Below are positions 1 to 7,803 of a stretch of 64,000 nucleotides of DNA, in pieces (the stretch's first letter is position 1; each line of letters opens with the position of its first letter). The notes beneath the pieces were generated by a model. That model was given only the letters and a program-made list of their open reading frames with translations, made no database searches and was not told where the DNA came from. Made by a program: the position numbers and the translations under genes. Location: NCBI GenBank assembly GCA_965644265.1, contig OZ286469.1:62868001-62932000 (forward strand), written 5' to 3'. Source of the DNA: Glycera tridactyla (Eukaryota).

Positions 1-1020
1 TTGAAGGCTCGGAGGGCTGCTATTTTCGAGCAGGCTGCTGCTACCTCCGAGCTGATGAGAGTACGGGCTGCTGCTGCCAGTGTCACCACTTCGTCTGCTG
101 CCATTTCAAGTGCTACTACTTCTACTGCTGCTACTCCTACTGTCGGTGAGCCTAGTTCCTCTACTGCCGTTTCAAGTGCTACTACTCCTACTGCTGCTAC
201 TACTGCCTCTTCTACCCCTACCGCTACGCCTGGATCTGCTGCTACGATTTCTACTCAGACAGCCGCCGACTCGACAACCATCTCTACACAGACTTCCGAC
301 ATGGGAACTAGAGTCATCTCTACTCAGACTGCTGCGTTGCCTATTCTGTCCATGACTGCAGCTACCTCCGCTTCGTCTGCTTCGAGTGTCCCCAAGACCC
401 AGGTGCTCATCATGGGAAGCTCACACGTCGCCCGTATTCCCCTTTCAGCTTTAGACGGAGCGACCAATGTGACTTTGGCCGGGCGAGAGGGATTTACCTG
501 GTCGGAAGCCTTGCAAGTCCTGCAGGGAAAGAAGGAGCCGTCACGTGGAGATCTCTCTTCTACCTCCATCCGTGACCTAATTCTTAAGTGCAGCGTTTGT
601 GTGTTTATTTATGGATCTAATGATCTCGCTCGTAGATTTTTCGACGTAGAGAGTGGCAGAAATCGTTTTGCCACCTCAAGTGAGGTCATTCATGACATGA
701 ACTCCTTCTTATCGTATGTCGAATACCTGCGTGTGAAGTCTGGGCTGCCTATGCCGAGAATTCATGTTCTGAGCATTTTGACGCGTCCGGATTGGGATCA
801 GGAGCGGGTGAGGGCGGCCTGGCATGTGAATGAGGGAGTGGCTGCTCATCCCAGTGTAACGTCTTTGGTGGTGCCCGCCTGGTTCCATCCGGACGCACAT
901 ATTCGACCAACTACAGCTAAGGGTACTAAAGATAACAAGCATCTATATCAGCATCTGTATCCGGAGTTGTTGTATTCGATCAAGAGGGAGGTTAGAGCTT
1001 TCTCCCCTGGAGACTGGTGA
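1..1020 (+). CDS. SGNH/GDSL-type hydrolase with T/A/S-rich linker, copy A1 (5' end outside window)
   Basis: Open frame from the window start. Motifs GSSH (block I), GREG (II), GSND (III) and DNKH (V) are present. Confidence 0.8.
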   Translation: MKARRAAIFEQAAATSELMRVRAAAASVTTSSAAISSATTSTAATPTVGEPSSSTAVSSATTPTAATTASSTPTATPGSAATISTQTAADSTTISTQTSDMGTRVISTQTAALPILSMTAATSASSASSVPKTQVLIMGSSHVARIPLSALDGATNVTLAGREGFTWSEALQVLQGKKEPSRGDLSSTSIRDLILKCSVCVFIYGSNDLARRFFDVESGRNRFATSSEVIHDMNSFLSYVEYLRVKSGLPMPRIHVLSILTRPDWDQERVRAAWHVNEGVAAHPSVTSLVVPAWFHPDAHIRPTTAKGTKDNKHLYQHLYPELLYSIKREVRAFSPGDW

Positions 1021-1127
1021 ACATTCTATTTCTGCCTGTATGTCTGTTGTCTGTAAATATCCGTGCATAATATATAATCTAATGAGGCATTCGTGTTCTG
1101 GTTCTGTGTTTTTGTGTGTGATGGGTT

Positions 1128-1177
1128 TGTGTGTGTACGTGTGTGCGTGTGTGTGTGTGTGTGTGTGTATGTGTGTG
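1128..1177. repeat. Interrupted (TG)n microsatellite ~110 bp after the stop codon (one per A unit, length-variable)
   Basis: Directly visible. Length and interruptions differ between units. Confidence 0.95.
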
Positions 1178-1599
1178 CCAGTGGCTCTTGATGATAGGCT
1201 CGGTGTGCCCGAGTACTCTGTAGCTTGTATGTGGTAGTGTGGCACCTGGTGGTAGTTGCATGCATCATATTTGATCGTATGGGTTTTGTGCAATATGTGT
1301 GGCTTTGTTTACACACACACCTGTCATTTTATCTGGTTATTCTATACTGTGGAAAAATTAATTTTGGAATATTCACTATGCAGGTCTCTTGTCTTTATTG
1401 CCTGTCACTCAGCTGACCTCTACATGTGCCCCTCTCTATCTATTGAGATGCTCCAGGTGCAAAACTGGCTTTCTTGATTAAAAATTTGTTCCCTCAATCC
1501 ATGCCTTTCGGAATGTGTTTTCCTCAGCTGGAAAAGAGTCACCTCAATCTCAATAGGAGTAAAGAAGTGGTTACTCCCGTTTCCAATTAAGAGTTGAGA

Positions 1600-1666
1600 G
1601 GTTGGTTGTTGGTTGGTTGGTCCTGGTTTAACGTCTTGTCAGCACCATCTGGGCTATATTGTGACG
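1600..1666 (-). mobile_element. Possible older SINE 3'-tail remnant
   Basis: A (TTGG)n tract is followed by TTTAACGTC...GGCTATAT, the same layout as the tail of the 1877-2095 element. No target-site duplication recognised. Confidence 0.3.
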
Positions 1667-1876
1667 CCCATGCAATGGTCATGTTCAGGATCCTCCAAGA
1701 GCGACATTCTAATCCAAGAGAAAATTTGTACTAATGGAGACCATAGGATCCCTGCCGCCACCTACCCATGTCCATGTATGCACCCCAGCATTCAAACTAT
1801 TCTGCCCCTACCATAGAATTAACACGCCCCCTGCAAATGTGTGGCCACTCAAGTATGTGCTGCATGCATTAGATGG

Positions 1877-2095
1877 TTTGTTGTTTGTTTGTTTGTTTTA
1901 GTTTAACGTCACTTAAACCCGCTTGGGTTATATCGGACTGAAAAACTGAAAATGCTGAAGAAAAAGAGTCACTGCATGCCGGGGGCCGTCCCTACTCTTT
2001 GCAAAAGACAGCAGTGGATCTTTAACGTGCATGAAGGAAAAGGCTCCTAAATACACGGCCGGCCTTTGATATCCCAGTCGGCATGCACTGGGTTT
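1877..2095 (-). mobile_element. 5'-truncated SINE-like insertion with (CAAA)n tail; present in every A unit except the last
   Basis: Flanked by the 11-bp direct repeat GCATTAGATGG (1866-1876, 2096-2106). The empty site, with a single GCATTAGATGG, is seen near 51787. The minus strand ends ...GACGTTAAACTAAAACAAACAAAC. The internal GCACGTTAAAGATCC...AAGAGTAGGG...CCCCGG resembles my recollection of the Deu/Nin SINE domain (not verified). Confidence 0.75.
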
Positions 2096-2106
2096 GCATT
2101 AGATGG

Positions 2107-2154
2107 ATCATCACCAATCAGATCATCTTGATCATCACCAATCAGATCATCTTG
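2107..2154. repeat. Tandem duplication of the ATCATCACCAATCAGATCATCTTG-type segment next to the SINE
   Basis: Two adjacent copies in SINE-bearing units; a single copy in the last unit (about 51798). Confidence 0.85.
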
Positions 2155-2290
2155 GAACCAAACAGTTCTCGTTGAAAAGAAGGGATGACCAAACATGATG
2201 ATCTACATATCCGGAAGGTTCTGCACATCTCTGATAGGACCTAATACACTGAATCCTGACCCACTTAATTTTCCTACCATATTGTCAAGT

Positions 2291-2311
2291 TGTGTGTGTG
2301 TGTGTGTGTGT
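2291..2311. repeat. Second (TG)n microsatellite of the A unit
   Basis: Directly visible and length-variable. Missing in the A12/A13 junction unit because the deletion starts here. Confidence 0.95.
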
Positions 2312-2858
2312 ACATTTAGCTGCTCAATCGTGCCTATATCTTCAACTGATCTGAATGTACATTGATATGGCTGAAGGTACGACTGGTCAGAAACTCATAT
2401 AGGGCAAAGTTTCTGAGCATGATGGCGGATCCACTCGGGGATTGTGCCCCTGATCGAACATGCTGACTGGCTGAGACCTGCGAAACTATCATATCATCTA
2501 CATATCAGAATTCACCAATCACATTGCATGTAAGATGGTGCATTGGCGCAGAAGGCTTGTTGTAAAAAATATGAAGCAGGGCACTGTAATTGGGATATAT
2601 TTCAGTAAAACTAGGGATGCATCAATAGATTTCGGCTTAGAAATAAAGTCATCTACCCAGGGAGATAAGTTGATATATAAATAGTACATTTGAACCTGTT
2701 TACATAACCTTTCAATGTGACCGAGAGTGGGCTGTTTCTGCATGCAGGTGACGATTGTAGCAGAAGAGCTGTCATCACAATTGTAGTGTATGTAGTGTGA
2801 TATGTGTGATTTCTTTCTAAAGTGTAACCATTCCGTTTTCCGGTTATGTCAAGTATCG

Positions 2859-3074
2859 TCAGTTCACCTCACTCCGAGGTGTTATATAACAGTTTTAAAG
2901 TAGCGCTGCGAACACCACCTCGAGATTATTCGCCTTGCTCAGGGTGTTAGGATAGGCGAGTGCTCGCTCAGTTTACCTCACTCTGAGGTGTTATATAACC
3001 GTTCTTTATGTAGTTCTGCTAACACCTTGAGAATACTCGCCTAGCTCAAGGTGTTAGGATAGGCGAGTGCTCGC
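2859..3074. repeat. Two imperfect ~108-bp direct repeats rich in inverted repeats, upstream of each promoter (A2 shown)
   Basis: Copies at 2859-2967 and 2968-3074. Each has an ACCTC..GAGGT hairpin, a GTTATATAAC palindrome, an AACACC..GGTGTT inverted repeat (perfect 13 bp at 3019-3031/3045-3057) and GCGAGTGCTCGC. Confidence 0.9.
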
Positions 3075-3158
3075 TTAGTCTAGGCGTTAAATGTCAGCTT
3101 GCCGGCTGGCTAGTGGTTCTGGCCTGGCTGTGAGTGGCTGCTCACCGTGTTAACACCT

Positions 3159-3224
3159 GGGCGGCTTCAGCCAATGAGCGCTAACTAGTGGGCATAAAAC
3201 CGGCTGTTTTTCCCTAATTCAGTC
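3159..3224 (+). promoter_or_regulatory. Putative Pol II core promoter (A2 shown; present in every unit except A13 and out-of-window A1)
   Basis: GGGCGG at 3159-3164, AGCCAATGAG with CCAAT at 3171-3175, CATAAAA at 3193-3199 and Inr-like TCAGTC at 3219-3224. The Inr A is 28 nt after the start of the TATA-like box, and there is no ATG before 3308. Confidence 0.6.
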
Positions 3225-3307
3225 ATACCCTGTGAAGACTCCAGCTTCCAGTGTCTACTACTGCTACTACATTGCGTCTACCTCTGCTACATCTGCTATC
3301 GTCTACT

Positions 3308-4411
3308 ATGGAGTCAACAGCTGCCCTTCATCTTGCACCTGGTGGAATGCCCAGCAAGCTTGCCATGCGGGAGAAGCGACAAAGGCAGAATTTGAAGGCT
3401 CGGAGGGCTGCTATTTTCGAGCAGGCTGCTGCTACCTCCGAGCTGATGAGAGTACGGGCTGCTGCTGCCAGTGTCACCACTTCGTCTGCTGCCATTTCAA
3501 GTGCTACTACTTCTACTGCTGCTACTCCTACTGTCGGTGAGCCTAGTTCCTCTACTGCCGTTTCAAGTGCTACTACTCCTACTGCTGCTACTACTGCCTC
3601 TTCTACCCCTACCGCTACGCCTGGATCTGCTGCTACGATTTCTACTCAGACAGCCGCCGACTCGACAACCATCTCTACACAGACTTCCGACATGGGAACT
3701 AGAGTCATCTCTACTCAGACTGCTGCGTTGCCTATTCTGTCCACGACTGCAGCTACCTCCGCTTCGTCTGCTTCGAGTGTCCCCCAGACCCAGGTGCTCA
3801 TCATGGGAAGCTCACACGTCGCCCGTATTCCCCTTTCAGCTTTAGACGGAGCGACCAATGTGACTTTGGCCGGGCGAGAGGGATTTACCTGGTCGGAAGC
3901 CTTGCAAGTCCTGCAGGGAAAGAAGGAGCCGTCACGTGGAGATCTCTCTTCTACCTCCATCCGTGACCTAATTCTTAAGTGCAGCGTTTGTGTGTTTATT
4001 TATGGATCTAATGATCTCGCTCGTAGATTTTTCGACGTAGAGAGTGGCAGAAATCGTTTTGCCACCTCAAGTGAGGTCATTCATGACATGAACTCCTTCT
4101 TATCGTATGTCGAATACCTGCATGTGAAGTCTGGGCTGCCTATGCCTAGAATTCATGTTCTGAGCATTTTGACGCGTCCGGATTGGGATCAGGAGCGGGT
4201 GAGGGCGGCCTGGCATGTGAATGAGGGAGTGGCTGCTCATCCCAGTGTAACGTCTTTGGTGGTGCCCGCCTGGTTCCATCCGGACGCACATATTCGACCA
4301 ACTACAGCTAAGGGTACTAAAGATAACAAGCATCTATATCAGCATCTGTATCCGGAGTTGTTGTATTCGATCAAGAGGGAGGTTAGAGCTTTCTCCCCTG
4401 GAGACTGGTGA
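3308..4411 (+). CDS. SGNH hydrolase-domain protein, copy A2 (367 aa)
   Basis: First ATG after the Inr-like site, in strong context (actATGG); the ORF-track start at 3251 is a GTG. GSSH at 3806-3817, GSND at 4004-4015, DNKH at 4322-4333. Confidence 0.85.
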   Translation: MESTAALHLAPGGMPSKLAMREKRQRQNLKARRAAIFEQAAATSELMRVRAAAASVTTSSAAISSATTSTAATPTVGEPSSSTAVSSATTPTAATTASSTPTATPGSAATISTQTAADSTTISTQTSDMGTRVISTQTAALPILSTTAATSASSASSVPQTQVLIMGSSHVARIPLSALDGATNVTLAGREGFTWSEALQVLQGKKEPSRGDLSSTSIRDLILKCSVCVFIYGSNDLARRFFDVESGRNRFATSSEVIHDMNSFLSYVEYLHVKSGLPMPRIHVLSILTRPDWDQERVRAAWHVNEGVAAHPSVTSLVVPAWFHPDAHIRPTTAKGTKDNKHLYQHLYPELLYSIKREVRAFSPGDW

Positions 4412-6699
4412 ACATTCTATTTCTGCCTGTATGTCTGTTGTCTGTAAATATCCGTGCATAATATATAATCTAATGAGGCATTCGTGTTCTGGTTCTGTGT
4501 TTTATGTGTGTGATGGGTTTGTGTGTGTGTGTGTGTGTGCGTGTGTGTGTGTGTGTGTATGTGTGTGCCAGTGGCTCTTGATGATAGGCTCGGTGTGCCC
4601 GAGTACTCTGTAGCTTGTATGTGGTAGTGTGGCACCTGGTGGTAGTTGCATGCATCATATTTGATCGTATGGGTTTTGTGCAATATGTGTGGCTTTGTTT
4701 ACACACACACCTGTCATTTTATCTGGTTATTCTATACTGTGGAAAAATTAATTTTGGAATATTCACTATGCAGGTCTCTTGTCTTTATTGCCTGTCACTC
4801 AGCTGACCTCTACATGTGCCCCTCTCTATCTATTGAGATGCTCCAGGTGCAAAACTGGCTTTCTTGATTAAAATGTGTTCCCTCAATCCATGCCTTTCGG
4901 AATGTGTTTTCCTCAGCTGGAAAAGAGTCACCTCAATCTCAATAGGAGTAAAGAAGTGGTTACTCCCGTTTCCAATTAAGAGTTGAGAGGTTGGTTGTTG
5001 GTTGGTTGGTCCTGGTTTAACGTCTTGTCAGCACCATCTGGGCTATATTGTGACGCCCATGCAATGGTCATGTTCAGGATCCTCCAAGAGCGACATTCTA
5101 ATCCAAGAGAAAATTTGTACTAATGGAGACCATAGGATCCCTGCCGCCACCTACCCATGTCCATGTATGCACCCCAGCATTCAAACTATTCTGCCCCTAC
5201 CATAGAATTAACACGCCCCCTGCAAATGTGTGGCCACTCAAGTATGTGCTGCATGCATTAGATAGTTTGTTGTTTGTTTGTTTGTTTTAGTTTAACGTCA
5301 CTTAAACCCGCTTGGGTTATATCAGACTGAAAAACTGAAAATGCTGAAGAAAAAGAGTCACTGCATGCCGGGGGCCGTCCCTACTCTTTGCAAAAGACAG
5401 CAGTGGATCTTTAACGTGCATGAAGGAAAAGGCTCCTAAATACACGGCCGGCCTTTGATATCCCAGTTGGCATGCACTGGGTTTGCATTAGATGGATCAT
5501 CACCAATCAGATCATCTTGATCATCACCAATCAGATCATCTTGGAACCAAACAGTTCTTGTTGAAAAGAAAGGATGACCAAACATGATGATCTACATATC
5601 CGGAAGGTTCTGCACATCTCTGATAGGACCTAATACACTGAATCCTGACCCACTTAATTTTCCTACCATATTGTCAAGTTGTGTGTGTGTGTGTGTGTGT
5701 GTGTACATCTAGCTGCTCAATCGTGCCTATATCTTCAACTGATCTGAATGTACATTGATATGGCTGAAGGTACGACTGGTCAGAAACTCATATAGGGCAA
5801 AGTTTCTGAGCATGATGGCGATCCACTCGGGGATTGTGCCCCTGATCGAACATGCTGACTGGCTGAGACCTGCGAAACTATCATATCATCTACATATCAG
5901 AATTCACCAATCACATTGCATGTAAGATGGTGCATTGGCGCAGAAGGCTTGTTGTAAAAAATATGAAGCAGGGCACTGCAATTGGGATATATTTCAGTAA
6001 AACTAGGGATGCATCAATAGATTTCGGCTTAGAAATAAAGTCATCTACCCAGGGAGATAAGTTGATATATAAATAGTACATTTGAACCTGTTTACATAAC
6101 CTTTCAATGTGACCGAGAGTGGGCTGTTTCTGCATGCAGGTGACGATTGTAGCAGAAGAGCTGTCATCACAATTGTAGTGTATGTAGTGTGATATGTGTG
6201 ATTTCTTTCTAAAGTGTAACCATTCCGTTTTCCGGTTATGTCAAGTATCGTCAGTTCACCTCACTCCGAGGTGTTATATAACAGTTTTAAAGTAGCGCTG
6301 CGAACACCACCTCGAGATTATTCGCCATGCTCAGGGTGTTAGGATAGGCGAGTGCTCGCTCAGTTTACCTCACTCTGAGGTGTTATATAACCGTTCTTTA
6401 TGTAGTTCTGCTAACACCTTGAGAATACTCGCCTAGCTCAAGGTGTTAGGATAGGCGAGTGCTCGCTTAGTCTAGGCGTTAAATGTCAGCTTGCCGGCTG
6501 GCTAGTGGCTCTGGCCTGGCTGTGAGTGGCTGCTCACCGTGTTAACACCTGGGCGGCTTCAGCCAATGAGCGCTAACTAGTGGGCATAAAACCGGCTGTT
6601 TTTCCCTAATTCAGTCATACCCTGTGAAGACTCCAGCTTCCAGTGTCTACTACTGCTACTACATTGCGTCTACCTCTGCTACATCTGCTATCGTCTACT

Positions 6700-7803
6700 A
6701 TGGAGTCAACAGCTGCCCTTCATCTTGCACCTGGTGGAATGCCCAGCAAGCTTGCCATGCGGGAGAAGCGACAAAGGCAGAATTTGAAGGCTCGGAGGGC
6801 TGCTATTTTCGAGCAGGCTGCTGCTACCTCCGAGCTGATGAGAGTACGGGCTGCTGCTGCCAGTGTCACCACTTCGTCTGCTGCCATTTCAAGTGCTACT
6901 ACTTCTACTGCTGCTACTCCTACTGTCGGTGAGCCTAGTTCCTCTACTGCCGTTTCAAGTGCTACTACTCCTACTGCTGCTACTACTGCCTCTTCTACCC
7001 CTACCGCTACGCCTGGATCTGCTGCTACGATTTCTACTCAGACAGCCGCCGACTCGACAACCATCTCTACACAGACTTCCGACATGGGAACTAGAGTCAT
7101 CTCTACTCAGATTGCTGCGTTGCCTATTCTGTCCACGACTGCAGCTACCTCCGCTTCGTCTGCTTCGAGTGTCCCCCAGACCCAGGTGCTCATCATGGGA
7201 AGCTCACACGTCGCCCGTATTCCCCTTTCAGCTTTAGACGGAGCGACCAATGTGACTTTGGCCGGGCGAGAGGGATTTACCTGGTCGGAAGCCTTGCAAG
7301 TCCTGCAGGGAAAGAAGGAGCCGTCACGTGGAGATCTCTCTTCTACCTCCATCCGTGACCTAATTCTTAAGTGCAGCGTTTGTGTGTTTATTTATGGATC
7401 TAATGATCTCGCTCGTAGATTTTTCGACGTAGAGAGTGGCAGAAATCGTTTTGCCACCTCAAGTGAGGTCATTCATGACATGAACTCCTTCTTATCGTAT
7501 GTCGAATACCTGCATGTGAAGTCTGGGCTGCCTATGCCTAGAATTCATGTTCTGAGCATTTTGACGCGTCCGGATTGGGATCAGGAGCGGGTGAGGGCGG
7601 CCTGGCATGTGAATGAGGGAGTGGCTGCTCATCCCAGTATAACGTCTTTGGTGGTGCCCGCCTGGTTCCATCCGGACGCACATATTCGACCAACTACAGC
7701 TAAGGGTACTAAAGATAACAAGCATCTATATCAGCATCTGTATCCGGAGTTGTTGTATTCGATCAAGAGGGAGGTTAGAGCTTTCTCCCCTGGAGACTGG
7801 TGA
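6700..7803 (+). CDS. SGNH hydrolase-domain protein, copy A3
   Basis: Intact 367-aa frame, near-identical to A2. Confidence 0.85.
   Translation: MESTAALHLAPGGMPSKLAMREKRQRQNLKARRAAIFEQAAATSELMRVRAAAASVTTSSAAISSATTSTAATPTVGEPSSSTAVSSATTPTAATTASSTPTATPGSAATISTQTAADSTTISTQTSDMGTRVISTQIAALPILSTTAATSASSASSVPQTQVLIMGSSHVARIPLSALDGATNVTLAGREGFTWSEALQVLQGKKEPSRGDLSSTSIRDLILKCSVCVFIYGSNDLARRFFDVESGRNRFATSSEVIHDMNSFLSYVEYLHVKSGLPMPRIHVLSILTRPDWDQERVRAAWHVNEGVAAHPSITSLVVPAWFHPDAHIRPTTAKGTKDNKHLYQHLYPELLYSIKREVRAFSPGDW

Noticed and set aside
943-1316. His-Thr repeat ORFs on the minus strand and Val-Cys repeat ORFs on the plus strand
   Set aside because: Translations of the (TG)n microsatellite; frames change from unit to unit with tract length.
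1613-2743. Short 67-74 aa ORFs in the spacer of array A
   Set aside because: No recognisable domain, and some starts are non-ATG. The 26-bp inversion alters one of them freely.
3019-3057. CRESS-DNA virus origin stem-loop
   Set aside because: The loop lacks the NANTATTAC nonamer on either strand, and no Rep gene is present.
2859-3074. CRISPR array, HDV/hammerhead ribozyme, or loxP/FRT-type site
   Set aside because: Only two repeats, with no spacers or cas genes. No P3/L3 room for an HDV fold. CTGANGA occurrences lack a properly placed stem II and GAAA. The 13-bp arms have a 13-bp spacer rather than the 6-8 bp typical of tyrosine recombinase sites.
3232-3540. 102-aa Cys/Tyr-rich overlapping ORF (repeated in each unit)
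   Set aside because: GTG start. It is the alternative-frame reading of ACT/GCT-rich codons of the main ORF, and its conservation is explained by array homogenisation.
3471-3845. Poly-Leu ORF resembling a signal peptide or transmembrane protein
   Set aside because: GTG start; shifted-frame product of the (CTA/CTG)-rich Thr/Ala linker.
3308-4411. Oskar ortholog or secreted mucin
   Set aside because: No LOTUS domain, and the catalytic residues are intact, unlike Oskar. No signal peptide for a mucin.
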